From Dicyema japonicum (Eukaryota > Animalia > Dicyemida): a stretch of 64,000 nt of DNA. Positions 39,690-55,989 of the stretch are shown here, in pieces. The stretch spans positions 558,001-622,000 of the forward strand of contig RDEW01000014.1 of the NCBI GenBank assembly GCA_011109175.1. The letters run 5' to 3'. The position numbers and the translations under genes were made by a program. Position 1 is the first letter of the stretch; every line of letters starts with the position of its first letter. The notes under the pieces are model-generated. The model was not told the origin of the DNA. It was given only the letters and a program-made list of their open reading frames with translations, and ran no database searches.

Positions 39690-40520
39690 GATAGGTTCTC
39701 TTAATACTTAAGGGGACGATCCTTGAAAAGGAGATTATTGCCTACCAGATATATGATCGTAATTTTGAATGCAAACCTTCTCCCTTTAGGACAATCTTGA
39801 ACGATTTCAGACAAAGCCGTAGCTGAGGGAAATGTACTCACACGGGGATCACTTATTAAGACGATTACTTTTTCCTCTTTTCTGTGTTCCCTGGGTTATA
39901 AGTAATTATCGACAAACTGAATTGTAGTCTTACGACATCAGAAGTCTTGGTGTCTTCTGAACGTATTCCACCAATTATTGACAAAAGTGAAGCTTCGTGT
40001 CCACTTGGCGTGTCTAAGCTGTGATCTCACGCACTCTCCGTATTCTAATGAACAGACATATGCCTTCATCAGATAACATGGGTGCCTGTCTTCGAAGGTA
40101 ATTGGATCTGTTATAAAGCCGTAAAACTTCTGTAGAGTTTTGGTAGATGTAGATTGGAAGTATTCGATCCACCTGACTCTCAAGGCGCTTAGCACCTGGT
40201 TGGCATCCAAAAAGGATCCCTCTTTTTCCTATTCTACTGAGGGGGTTCAAACAATTGGGGATATCGATAGATTTGACGAATGGAAAAATGCGTCACATTC
40301 AGACCGGGGGAAGTGGATAAACCTTTTTCAAGTATATCTGTGGTTATTAAAAAGAGTTTTTAATTTTATTTAGTATTTGTTGCCAAAATTAGACCCATAC
40401 ATCGTAACAGTAGCTATTGTTGATTCAACATATTTGATTTCCTATAGTATCCGAGAAGTGTTTTGATGTTCAGATTTCATGAGTCCAAATCAGCCTGCTT
40501 CGATTCCACATGGTGCTAAC
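39690..40520 (+). CDS. Probable multi-exon host gene, unidentified
   Basis: Coding-like composition and GT-AG candidates joining ORF 40140-40373; I could not assemble a full frame. Confidence 0.3.
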
Positions 40521-40679
40521 ATTAGTGTGGTGCTTGAATTGAAGATTTTTGTTTGTTTCTTCTGTTCCTCCTTTTCCCTTTCAGCTCTAGAGAACTTGAA
40601 TTGTTAGCGTCCGCCATGTGGTCCATTATCTTTGGTGACGCTAGATATAATTCTAAGTTATATCCAAAAAGAACCATTA

Positions 40680-41240
40680 GTCAACAACCATCCATAAGAG
40701 TTCCATGGTAACCAAAGGAATCGAATAATTTCCACACATTTTTATGAGAAAGAAATTGAGACCATTGACATTTTTCCATACACCTGTATTGTTAGCCAAA
40801 GCTCTCATTGAGTCCATGTCGTCCAGAGATTTTAAATTTTCAAATCCTTTTGTAGGACTATCGGCAAATTTATTCTTGGCCTTTCACGAAAACGACTCTC
40901 TTGATAGACGTAGTAGCTTTAAATTGCTCTGTTTGGTTGGGATGCCAACTCCATTTTCGAAGTATACCCGAATAGTCTCCAACAAGACTCCATTATATCG
41001 AGGCTTAATGCCTTACACCGGTGCTTTGTCTAATCGATGTTCAAAAAGCGCTCTGTCTTCGGAAATTAGGTAGCAGCCTATTTGTTCCTTCATAGCTGCT
41101 TCCAAATATATCATAAAGAGTAGAGGGGAGAGAGTCTCCTTGAGGGGTGCTCTTGTTTGTTTTAAAATTTCTTGAGTAGGTATTTCCGAATCTCACAAAA
41201 AGCTCTATATTGAAGTTTAGAATTCTGATCATTCTTGGAC
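40680..41240 (-). mobile_element. RTE-like LINE fragment
   Basis: TPQGDSL and DDMDSMRALANNTGVWK. Confidence 0.7.
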
Positions 41241-41659
41241 ATTACTCATAGAGAAATAGTTTCAGTACCCCCATTAGTTTATGTCTGTTAACCGTGTAAA
41301 TAGTTTTTGGTAAGTCTATTCCCAGAATGTTGGTGGCGTTATTGTATCATTCAGTTGATCGCGCTTCTCGAAATCCACTTTGGCTTTCTGGTAATGTAAG
41401 CGGATCCTTTTATTCATTCTAGGACAACATCGTTAGTGTAACAGTTCGTACTTTGATCGTTTCGGTCTTTATCGAAAAAATTAAAAAAATCAAAGTCTTT
41501 AAAACATTTTCTGATTTTAGACAACAGCTGTGAAAATTTAGAACGCAAGTTATGAAGTAAATTCGTATGTAAAACTTTTACTATTTGTGCAGAAAAATGG
41601 AACATTTTAAAAGCGATCATAAAGAAGAGCCCTTTCCCCCCGACTGCTTGCGTCAGCAA

Positions 41660-42090
41660 GGTCTATCAAAAAGTCAACGTACCTACCATTGAATATGCCT
41701 GCTCCGCCTAGAGATCTGCAATTCCCTCTTCGAGAGTGGATCGTTTGAACTCCCTCAGGCGGGAAATTATGCACCACACGGACATCCCTATTGGCGGCCT
41801 CGTTTCTGATGAGACGACGTTGAAGAATGGCCAGGATTTCCTACGTTTCTGCAAGGAACTGGGAAACCCATTCAAGGAGAAAGTGGCCCATGCAGAGGAA
41901 TTTCGGTCGGTTATAAAAAAAGTGCACGCCGATTGAATTCCTTGGCAGAAGGAAGAGAAGCCGTTTCCGGAATGCGGTTGGGTTCAGAAGACCAGATGAA
42001 GAGAGTTCGGATGTTGTTGGAGGCTGGGATCACCTAATTAGTTAGTTTTGACCAATCTTTCTTGGTGGTTTTGGAGTTAAATAAATAAAA
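41660..42090 (+). mobile_element. APE-type LINE family A 3' end
   Basis: PTIEYACSA, ending EAGIT* plus TAAATAAATAAA tail. Confidence 0.75.
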
Positions 42091-44234
42091 ACTATTTGTG
42101 CATATCATGTATCTGACTGCATTATATATCAGCAAAGAAAATTATCTGGATCTATCGCAAAAATTCCATAGCACAATGTCAATCGGATTCTACACTAACA
42201 AGAGATTTCAACGAGCGCTGCTAGTTATTTGACCGAATTTGGCTCGCTATCCTGAGAGGGAATAGCTACGCAGTCAGTGCGGGAACTGTTTGATCATTTG
42301 TTCATTTTATTTTGTCGTCCATATTTTTTTATCTAAAAACTCGAAGAATGAAAAACATAAAAATCAATAAATAATTGATTTTATTGACCTAAAAATTAAA
42401 TTTTGACTAATTTTGACACAACCAAAAATTTTGGCTTTTTATTATAAAAATGTTAGCGTCATATAGTTCTTCTATTTGTCGGCGCTGAGTGTCAATGAGC
42501 GTGAAAAAATCCTTTTTATCCTTCCTATCCCTTTTACATCGTTGCATGGGGGTGGTTCGCCTTCTATCCTGGCCTGCTGATTTTGCTCTGTGGGAACGTA
42601 TAACAGTAGTCCGCAAAGACCGGGATGAGGGCTCTAATTGCCAGAATTGATTGTCATTTACGGATGCTTCCCGTTGTGTCTCCGAACATTGTGAGGGCGG
42701 CAGATCTCTTTTGAGTTCTCTCTTCACACTTAGTAAGGACCTACTCTCATATATTTCTACATTCCATCTAATGGTTTGTGTCCCCCATCATTCACTCCCA
42801 ACATATCATGGCTAAAACAATTAAAGAACAATTATTCATCACCCTATCTTAACATAAGGAATTCAATCCCTAGCTATTCTCGCACGTGCTTACTCTCATA
42901 AAGAAGAGGAATATGCTCAAACAGTTAAGAACGCAAGGACTACTGACTCTATAAGACAACATAAGATTTTCATTTCACTGCAAACATGACTAAAAATAAA
43001 CGAAATGGACGCATATAATTAGATTCCTCGAATACAAGAGTTCCTGGGACTCCTTCTGGAAGATTCTGAAATGGATCAAAACACAGTTTTTTCAGAGGCA
43101 AGAACAGTTAATTAACTTTCTCCCGGGTCATTAAATAACTCAGATTTTCTTCTCAACATTTTCCACATAGGTACGTTGGGGTTAATTTTATAGTCTTAAT
43201 TGGAAGTTAAGCTCATCTAGATAATTTCTGAAGTTGAAAATTTCCACATTAAGACAACTTTTTTACATTTTCCACCCTCAATATTATCCACTTTCATTGG
43301 TTTAGTCATTTTCTTCAGTTCACACAAACATATATTCTTAGAATATTTTACATTGAACTCTTCAAGTATAAGCTTCACCCTCCTTTGGAAATCTTCTCCA
43401 ATTTTTACTTTATGACACGAACTATCTGAGACACCTACCCAGCCTCGGAAGAACAAATAACACATTCGATAATAGCGGAAAGAGAATGCACATTTTTGGA
43501 ATAGGATTTCCAGTTTTAGGATTAATTTTTCTCCCCACGGAACCGGAGCATCTACAAAGACAAACAAAGTTAAAGAACATTTCTTGGTCCCTTCTTCCCT
43601 TTCAACGGTTAGTTATTATAATTGTTCTTCATCAACGGGGTTTTGAAGCGTTCCCTTGAGATCGAAGATTTTCGTCATTCCTGGAATCGGTGGACCTGGA
43701 TCGTAGAGATGGAAATAGCCCGGACTGAGTAGCTGTCTTCTCTTTCTCTGAAGAAATGCTGATTTGGGTGGGGCTTGCATCGACACCTTTTCTTAGTCAA
43801 GACTTATCTTCGCGTTAAAAGCTGGAAACGCTGCTCGAACTTTTGAGAGAATTTCAAAATAGCCTCTCAACATGATATACGTACATCCTGTAGTCGTCGA
43901 GACGAGTTGAGTCTTCGGTCCCAAGACGGTCTCTTTTCTAAGATTGCTCAAGTACATGATAACGAAAGCGAGTAACGAACGTCGGGAAACCGAGCAATCA
44001 ATTACCTTAGGTAAAATTAAATTAAATTTATTGAACCAGAAAACCACAGTCATAACCAGAATGAAAAAATGGTGATCCCGGCCTCCCTCATCAGTCTTCG
44101 TATGCTCTGCTCGGAATTGAAGGAAGTGCCGTCCAGGGAAACTCCTCTGTATGGTTAGATTACTTTGATTGTTTTGTTACCACTTTTAACTAACTAATTA
44201 ATTTTTTCTATTAAATATTTTATTTAGTAAAAAA

Positions 44235-46790
44235 AAAGAGTAAACGGTTATATAGCGGCTGCCCTGAATGCGTGGCTATTTCCTCTCAAAATGGCGAGCG
44301 AGATTTACTCAAATAACCAACAACGCTCACGAGGGTCTCTTTTATCGTTTAGAAATTCGATTCCCTAGACGACTAAAGTATTCCAGCGTCGCATGCGCAA
44401 GGTAACCAGACGTCTCAACGGCGAGTGGAACAAACAAAAAATCCTTGGGTAGGACCGCGTACTTTTCCCGTTTCATCTTCTCGGCCTTCCCAGCGGCAAA
44501 ACAGGTTCCATAGGCACTCTGGAGTAGGTTGCAAGAGGCAAACGTGTTGGTGCATGTAACGTCCCAGACAAGAAGTCTCCCGGCTTCAAAAGGGAAAATT
44601 GTCACCCATCTGGTCGTTTCCCGTCCCACCTACAAAGACCGACTGGTTCAACCATGGAGGGGTGTCCGGCGGTGTCCAAAGCTCTCCTAACGACTTCGTT
44701 CAAAGCCATGTGTCTGGGAAATCTGCCTGCACTCTTCTTCAGGAGAGAGGATGTAAGGGCCAAAACAATCGATTGGTCTCCGCATCGGCACGGATATGGA
44801 ACACAGATTTTTAATCCCAGTCGCGATTAGATCCCATTACGGACGCATTCATCATCCAGGAAGGTACCCAGAACTCCATTGGGAATGGCGTTGAGACACG
44901 CACCGCTCTCGGAAGACGCCCCCGACAACAAACAGGCACGACGATGTTGGCTAGATGACACTAGAAAATCTTTGAAGAATTCCAGCATATAGCATCGTCC
45001 AAGCCCCGCTGAGAAACGAGGAAGGCAGGGAAAGCTGACAAGTGCGGCTCCAGGCCTCACGAGCATGGCCGGTGTCCTTGTCAATAGATTTCAGGTAGAG
45101 ATTGTAGAATCCTCTTGACATGGGAGTTACAGGCCACTAGCGATGATAGGTATGAAAAAAGAGAAAGGTCCACAGGTTTCCGAATTCCAAGTCCTTCGAG
45201 TCTCACTGGTAGCGTGGTTTGCTTCCAAGAGTAATCCTCGAACCGGACGTTTAAGATAAGTTCCACTGTCGTACAGAAGATCTCGTGTGCGAGTTAATCA
45301 AACAGGGTAAAATAAGGAGCAGTCCTCAGGACATATGCAAGCCTCTGTACGTTGAGACTGTTTTTCAGGAGGAATAATATTGTATGCATGTTAAGTAGAC
45401 ACAAGCGGTTCAGAGTCTCTCCGAGTAACAGTCGTTTTTCACTTATAGCTCTTCCCATTGCATTTATGGTGATCGAGGATCCAAGTAATATAAGTTTTTC
45501 ATCGGGTGTGGAAATACTTTCAGGCAGTAAATTTCCGCAACATGATCAAAGCTTTTGAATACTTTACTTCTGAAAGTCCGCAATTGTAGATTTCACATTT
45601 AGTGTAATTTAATTCCAGTCCAGCTTCCAACAGTGCTGGAATATCACTTCCAAATCCCGGAAAATAGTATCCGGGGTCCTCCGAGGACCGCATCATCTAG
45701 ATACCATAGGTTGAGGGGAGAGCGCGGAAGTTTGGTGATTTTCTCTATTGCAAGACAAAACAATAGGGGTCCAAGGGGATCTCCCTGTCGCACTCCAGAA
45801 TACGAATGGATTAGGTAGTCCCCGAAAAGTAACTATGAATGTAGGCTGTATGATTGATTCACAAATTCGAAAATATTAGGGCATCTCTCAACACACGCCT
45901 CCAAAATATTGTCCTTCCTTAGACTATTAAAGGCGTTCTTGATGTCCAGTTTTACCAGGACATGTCCCCGGATTCTTTTATACTGCGGTTTGTGAATGAC
46001 CTCATTGAATGGACAGCATCCAGGCGAATACCGACGCCTACTTGAGGGGGTTCAAGAATAGAATCTCTGGAGGCAATTTTAGCAGCCAGTCTTCTGAAGA
46101 CAAACCCGACCGCAACGAATCGTCCGACTTATTTTCTATCAAATTGACGGAGGACAGGACATGGCGGATAATTTCCGAAGGAACTCCAGACAGGATCTGG
46201 TTCATAAGTGAAATTGAATTCGTAAGACGAAGTCTTTGGTCTCCTACGGAAAAGAAGTTAGATCCTTCAGGTAGCCAGATCTCATTCCGTCTTACTAGGG
46301 GAAAAATTCCGTATTACTAGGTGAATTTTATTGTTTGATGCAATAAGGAGACTCACTCCGGATGGGGGAGCAACTTTGCGTAAGTTTTGGGGTGGGAGTG
46401 GATGCTTGTTCAGTAAAATATTGTAGGCGTCGGGAGCCGATTTTCGTGGTCCACTTGAGGAATGTGCCCTGATGGCTGCGCGAGTACCACCTTTGATTAA
46501 CTGCGACCAGACAGTTCTTTTGAGACGGTGGACTTCGACTTCCACGTCGCCCTCGTACAGGTTAGAAGCCATCGGACAACTTGAGATGTGGATACCTTCC
46601 AAAAAAGAACGAATGTTGGTCCTCAGTAGTAGCGAGAAACTTTTTTCCGTGACCATCTAGATCAAGTTCCAGTCCGAAAAGAGCAAAACTAAATAAGCGC
46701 ATCCAATCATGTACTGCATTAGTCCGGAAGTCATCTTCGATCGTTTTGGGCCTCCTCAAATACAAGTGTTAATAAATTATAAATAATTAT
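44235..46790 (-). mobile_element. CRE-like non-LTR retrotransposon, frameshifted
   Basis: LLNKHP, VFRRLAAKIA, KLDIKNAFN, frameshifted QGDPLGP and WYLDD, GLELN..KCE, LVWDVTC, FVPLAVET. Confidence 0.88.
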
Positions 46791-47019
46791 TCTAGAACTG
46801 TTTAATGGTGTACATTGTTTAACAAATCGCATGCGCTAGTATCATTAATTACTAAACAATGAAATATAAACAAAATTCTAAATGTTGAAGATTGCGACAG
46901 ATAAAAAATACGACGAGATCAAAAAAATAACCCCCATTTACCTTTTAAAAATTCAAAAAGAAGCGTAATACAATAAAAAGAAATAAAATGAACTACCGAA
47001 AAAGAAATTAAATCACTAT

Positions 47020-49011
<1,992 letters not shown>

Positions 49012-49429
49012 TACTAATGAGTATCACGATATCGTTAACTATTTTTCGTTTTATATAAGAATTGATGGAGAAAATGCTAGAACTTTCGAGCTCATTTCGT
49101 AATGCGTGTTGGCTAGCCATTTAATATATAATAAATTAATCTTATTTTAAATTTAATTATATCTAAATTTAATCTATATTTAATAATTTACGTTTTTCTT
49201 TATTTTTACTATATTTTTCTTAAGAAAATATCATGGTCATGGGTGTTAAATAAATAAATAAGGAAATATCATATCTTGGACACTGAGGCCGTCCAAATCT
49301 TGGACAAATATGAGGAAAATTGAGGAAATGCAAAAGAGGGCTTACAGAGTAACGGACTGTTGGATTTGTGAAGATCACCGAACCAGACCTACGCCTCTGG
49401 AGACCCTGTTACAATGATAAATAGCTTTG

Positions 49430-50310
49430 ATTCTGTCTGTCCACCTATTGAAGCGATAGTAAGCTTTCTAGACACATCCACTATTGGAATCCTCTCATCT
49501 AATACGAAGCTCTTGATCAAATTGGAGACTACACAATTTCAAATCCATTCAAAATGATAAAGGAGACCCCATAAAAAATCAACTATCTCGCATAATATTT
49601 GTAACATATATGGAATTGACAATCAGGGAACTCAGACCTCAAGGGAGGATAGACATTGTAGCTTATGGAGACGATGTGGACTTTATCTGGAAGACAGAGA
49701 ACCCCAGACCATTTAATGGAGGTGACATCGGAAAGACTATTTGAATAGTTTTTTCTTTCAACGTGGATAAAACGGAGGTGACCGAATTGATAAGGGGGAA
49801 ATCAAAGACTAATGAAATCCAGCGCAAAACCAATAAGTTAGGCACCCTCCTATGAGACCAGGATTGCATTTCGAGGAGAAAAACGGTTACAGATGCAGCA
49901 TTGCAAAAACTGAAGATAACCTGGCCTATATACAAAAGGATGGAAACGTAACGAGTCTATATAACGCATTGATCAAGCCTGTGTTACTATGCAACGCGAA
50001 CACTTGGGTTTGCTTAGAGACGGATTTAAAAAATTGGACTCTTCACCGCTCATAGTACAGGCAAATGTTGTGTTCCGAGAACGATCCTGAATATCTAACA
50101 GAACTGTATACGAGAGGATGAAGTGCTTGGCAATCTCGATCGAAATCACGGAAGCTAGATGGAGGCTCTTTGGATACGTACTGAGAATAATTCTAGAGGC
50201 CTCAGTTAACGTTCCCATTAAAGACTTCTTCGCCTCTGACGCTCCCCGATCCCGTGAATGACCGAGGACCACCCTCTCGATGGTCTTCGATAGGAGCCTC
50301 CAAAAAAGCG
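49430..50310 (+). mobile_element. Degraded RTE-like LINE
   Basis: AYGDDVDF, KPVLLCN, RWRLFGYVLR. Confidence 0.75.
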
Positions 50311-52049
50311 TATGCAACCTCTTATTTTTATTTTTTGCGTCAATAAATGAAATAATTGATATCAGATATATGAGTATTAGGTAAATGTCGGGTCCACTAG
50401 TAATTAAATTAATTCTCGAATGTTCTAATAAATAACAACGTGGCTGCTTATGGTTTTTTGATGGTTGTTTATGGCTTTCTTGCTAATTTGCAATTGAAAA
50501 GAATTTTATAGTGTTTTTGATTTGATTATTTGTGAGAGGGAACCAAGTGATGTTCTTAACTTTTTTAATTTTAGTTGCGTGAGAGTCCTAGTTTACGATC
50601 CGGTTCCAACGTGAGTTATTAACTGATAACTTGTCATTTGTCAAACCCAGAGACATCGTAGATGCGTAGAATTTTCAGCTGGAATGTACAGAAGTGAGAT
50701 TTGAACTTGACCCATATAGATTTTTCGGTACTCATGAGACTGCGCGTTGTCGATTGGTCAATGCTCCGATTTCCGGTGTTAACAAATATGTCACATGGGC
50801 GACTGGTTAATCCTGGGCAGACGGTTACATTTTTTTGACCTTGAAAGTGACATATATCACGTCATAATTTTATTTTTTATGGTGGCAAACCTAAATCTTT
50901 AGCGTGATTTCCAACGTGCTACACTATTTTTTTGTGGCTTCTTACAAAGCTTATGTGAAAGATAAATAAATTAAAACCCTACACGAATCTTCACATGGGG
51001 GAGTGAACAAAATCGAATCTGAGTGTCGAGAACGATATTTTGCCGTTAATAATGACATTATTAGAAAAATCAAGCTGGAGAAATAATTGAATTTTTTTAA
51101 ATAATCGAGTTGAGGAAGTTTTAAACATGTTAAATTAATAAATTCCAATAGGGAAATATTGACTATGGGAAAAAATAGCTAATAACCCTGACTGAGTGGC
51201 TATTCCCTCTCATGGCCCTGACTGTATGGATATTCCATCTCAGGATGGCGAGCGAGATTCGCTCAAATAGCGCTCACGAGGATCATTTGATAAATTAATT
51301 GATAGATTAAACTTAGTTCAAGGTTGTGTGACCACAAAAATGTAACCAACATTTTAATAGCCTTAGCATACCACAAGGATTCTGTGATTGTCAATTTGGT
51401 AATTTCCTTATCTTAAATGGTAGACGTTGTGGAGACCTGATAAGATTGATTTTTTCTCAAAACTAACAGTGCTAATTTAATAATCTATTTTATTAGTAAT
51501 AGCAGTACATAGAATCATATCAATATACGAACAGTTTTTGGCAAATGATTTTTCGGGTTCTCAAATTCTAACCAAACATTTCGTATATCCGACAATCGAC
51601 CGTGCTTACAAAAAGAAGTTAGACAATGGCTTTCAACCATTAGGATTCGATGTGAAGATTTCTAGTGCTATGGGACCCTCGGCAGTTGGATTTTTGAATC
51701 GAGTTGAGGGTCAAATTTTCCCCGTATTCGGACGATCTTGGTGTACGCTGCTGGCCAGTTTTACTTGCTATTTTGGGAGGGAATAGCGATGCGGGCTTCC
51801 TTGCTTAATTATTTATACCGAAATATGTTTTTCTCTTAATTTGGATATTATTTAAATTCCGTAGAGTAATTTTTTATTTCGAGTGATAAAAAACTCTTAA
51901 ATTTGCATTTCCTCAACTGAGAAAATTTTTGGTATCGTGTATGTGTAGGAATAGGAATAAGTCGAATAATGTAAGCGAGGATGAGAACCTTGTGATGTTG
52001 CATTTGTTTAAAGATTTTATTTAATGTTGCTTTTTTAAATTCCTCCGTG

Positions 52050-54240
52050 TTATATAACGGAAATCTCCTAGACACAATATGATGTTTGGATGGATCTCAG
52101 AGGACTTCTTTGTTAAGGAGAAGGCTTATGGAGATGGACCACTAGTGTTTCACGGTAGATCTTAAAGTCCAGAACCACATTGGATTGAATAAAAGTAATC
52201 ATGGTACAATCCTTTTCAACACTTGTGAAAGATTACAGATAAGAAAGATTGAGAGATACGAAGACTGGTCGTCTTTCGGCTTCTCAAGCTTGGAAGAGTG
52301 TGAGAGTTTAGCTCATATTCGAACAAATCCATGATCATAGCCTTAACCAGTTTTCTAGATGCTTATATCGAATTGCAGAGTGAGGCAATAGACTTATTTA
52401 CATGAAGGTCTGTTGCCAATCAAGGCATAGTGTTTCAGTAGTCAATTCCCTTCTTAGTGAGTAAATTACGATGAAGTAGGGACAACGTGTCCTAATTATT
52501 GGTTGATGAAATTATTGACTCGTTTCAGAGTTTTTCAAAAGATGATACGAGAGTGTCTATGACGTAGGCATTCAAGACGACTTCACTTACGCATGTGGTC
52601 AGTTTTTATCACTAAGAGATTTTCGCAATGAGAGACCATAAGTCTTTAGGTTGTATTTGGATTTTTATCAAGGAGTTTTTTCCTAATAATGGCCAGAACG
52701 TGTAAATGAATCTCCGTCTAAGCAAAAAAATAAGGAGCATATTAACTTCCAGGATACTATTAGCTGCCTTATCGATAGAAAACTCAGTAATGAAAAGTCA
52801 GCAAGGCGACCCACCGTTTAGAAAACAGAGCCAATCCGAATTTAGTTTTAAGTCTCTTAGAAATTTAAAGGTCATCAAGCCTTTTGCCCAACACTTGTTA
52901 CACTGCACCACTCGGCCACAAGTAAAGTCCTGAAATACTATGTGATTCCGTCCCTACTGACAGATAACATAATTTATTCGCAAAACCCCAACTAACTAAA
53001 CAAGGTAAGAGCCATTAACTAAAGAGGAAAGCCAAGATTTGGGGTCGTCTATATCGGGGCACTTTCATGAGACACCGTATGTCTCTTCTCCGTAAAAAGC
53101 CCCAATTACAATGCGAGTTTCCACAAGCAATGTAATAAATCACCGATTCTTCTCGTTTTTCTTTCGTATTCGTCATCAATTCAGATGCTAAATCCAATCC
53201 ATGTGCGAGTTTAATTGCATAATTTCGACTGAAGTTAAAAACTTTAACTTTCCAGACTTCATCCATTTTACAAGGCATTTTCCGTCTTGATTGGTTGTTA
53301 CACAACCATAGTCAGTATGTTTAGCGTTCATGTCCCCAACAAGGATTGGATATTCATTGTTTTCCATAAATATGTCAACAATCCATGGATACTCTCGTAG
53401 TTTTTTAGAATATATTCCTCCGATAATTATCCATCCCATGGTTGTTTGTAGTTGAATGCTTGCTAGTTCACAAGGATTTTCTTCATTGATCGTGGGTAGT
53501 CTTGTATTTAAAGAAGTTTTGTAGTAAATTGAAGTTCCTGTTCCAGCAGAAGAACCAGTCTTAAAAAAAAATCTAATGAGTCGTATCCATCAATTTTAAA
53601 TGGTCTTTTCTTCAATTTAGTTTCGTTTATAATTAGAACTTCCATCTGGATCGTGCTGGCTATAGCAACCAGCACTGAGGCCCGTTTCCAAAGAGAACAG
53701 GCATTAATCAGGGTTATCCTGACTACTTCTGGTTTTTTCGGTGGCTGCCCTCTTGTCTTAAGAGAGGCACCCTCTTCTATGTGTTGAAGCTTCTACTGTT
53801 TCTTTTTTAGAAGGTTTCTTATTATATGTCCTATTCCAGCCAGTTTTAATTTCTTATTCGTTCCAATTTTGGAAACTTCACTTTCTCCATTATGGCCAAT
53901 TTCTCGTTTTAGAGATATTTTTCCATTCGATTCTTTCCTTTCTTGGTCAATTTTGTTTTTCTTCGCTATGTTAGCTTCAACAGCCTTGGAACATCTTCCA
54001 TAATTGGCAAAGTGGCTGGATGAACCGCAATTCAAACGACTTATTATTGTTTGTAACCGGACACTGCGATCTTCTATGTGGACCAGAACAAACAAGGCAT
54101 CTTTCAACATATCTCCATTAGGCCTGCAGATGTTTATCAACCTCGTAGTATATTCCTTCGTCTTGTAGCACCAGTGGCACCACTTACTCACCAGTGGACC
54201 TACTGACCCATAAACAAGGTTAATTGAAATCAAGAATTTG
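52050..54240 (-). mobile_element. Jockey/I-like LINE remnant: ORF1 knuckles, AP endonuclease, RT
   Basis: ORF1 CHWC and NCGSSSHFANYGRC; APE VGDMNAKH; degraded RT segments in the correct order. Confidence 0.75.
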
Positions 54241-55579
54241 TAAAAAATAAAATCAAATTTAATAAATAATCGATAATTTTATTACCAATAAATCAATTAC
54301 CTATTCTATTTAAAAGTGGATTATGGTAATTACAAACAAGTCAGACAGTTTAATCGAAGTACTTAAGAATTTATTCAAATTTTATTCACGACAATATAAT
54401 AATTAGGACCCACGTGAGACTGGATGGCTTCAAAGAGAGGCGATCGATTGTCTCACACCTAAATACATTAAAGGAATTCATAAAAGATGGACTAAGCAAA
54501 AGACCTGGACAGGAAAAGTCGATTGTCTGCTCAATCGACTTTGACTCTGTTCCGAGGAAGATCATCACCCACAAAATTTATTCTCCGATCATTGACTCAA
54601 ACCTTAGTTATGGTTGGGAAATTTCTTGAATGGTCGCCGAGGACGAGTCATAATCGATGCTCCGAATCGAGACTATTACCAAGACATATTACTGTCCTAC
54701 GCGGATGATATAGTTGTTGCATATAAGGATGTGAGTATTATCGACGCGAAGATTACAAGACAGTATAAATAATCTCAGTTTATTGCTTTATGGAAATCAA
54801 TTGAGAGAAGGTTTGTTGCATGCCGTGTGACTCGCCTGCGTGGTGGCATCGCTCATTTGAAGTGTTGGAAAAGAATCGTAAACTCCCTATCCCGCAACCA
54901 TGGACGCGCAGATGGTGTCGAATCTTACTCCTTTCCTGTGGAGATGTCGAGGAAAATCCTAGTCATATTACAAATTAACATCAATGGTATCCGAACAAAA
55001 ATTGCAGAACTACAACATTCTCATAAAACACTCAGTGGATATAGCTCTTTTCTAAGAGACGAAACAACCCACGGCTACCAACCTCCAACTTTCCGGGATA
55101 CTTCGTTTTCAGGCGAGACAGAGGCCATGGAAAGGGAGGAAGCCTTATTACGCTAACCAGGAAGCATATAATTGCCAGAAATATTTCGGACGACATCCCG
55201 GACCCCTCCCGCTCGGACGACACACTGGAACAACTAACTCTGAGAATATATCTACCCTCTTTCCGATTGACAGCTGTCAATATGTACATACCCCCTCCAC
55301 CGTCATGTCCCAGCGGCTACAGCCCAGAACTTAGGAGATTCACCAGGTTGGAAAACACGCTAATTGGCAGTGACCTAAATGCGCAGAGTTCTCAATGGTA
55401 TGCTGACCAACAACTGGATTAACGGGGAGCCTTCATATCCGACAGTTTTGAAGACTTGACCATTCTCAATAATCCAAGCAAACACACAAGGACCCCTTCC
55501 CGTCGAGGCGACTCTCCTACTTCACCCGACATTTCTTTTTCCGCTCCTTCTCTTGCGGCTGTCATTTCATAAGATGTTA

Positions 55580-55733
55580 GACCGAGAGAAGGCTTTTCCG
55601 GAAAGTAGTGGGGACGATGGAAGATCACAGACGTCGAATGGCACAATTGATTGCGAGGACTGGGATCACCTAACTGTTTGACTCTTTTGTCTTTCTTTCT
55701 CGGTGTTCCAGGGGTTATTAAAAAAATAAATAA
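55580..55733 (+). mobile_element. 154-bp 5'-truncated LINE tail nested in the APE domain, 11-bp TSD
   Basis: ATAAGATGTTA at 55569-55579 and 55734-55744. Confidence 0.85.
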
Positions 55734-55989
55734 ATAAGATGTTATATACGACTTACATACCTACCATAACCCGATCTTCATGAGGATCCCACAAAAACAT
55801 AAGTTAATAAACACTCCAAGAACCAGTGTAAACTTCTCAAAGGCAATATGGGCCGCCTTCACATATTTCATCGAACTACACCTTCAGGCCTTCCGGATAG
55901 AAAACTTCGGATCTATCAACGCTTCTGTCAAATACCTCAACGAGATTATACTCCGAGCCGCGAGATCTAATTCCAAACGAGAAATAAGC

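Noticed and set aside
43695-43740. Second 2A-like motif LLSPGYFHLYDPGP (minus strand)
   Set aside because: Lacks D(V/I)ExN and no endonuclease follows.
42407-44010. Minus-strand ORFs as possible host genes (KVKIGEDFQ suggested ELM2)
   Set aside because: Only a weak motif resemblance; exons could not be joined with confidence.
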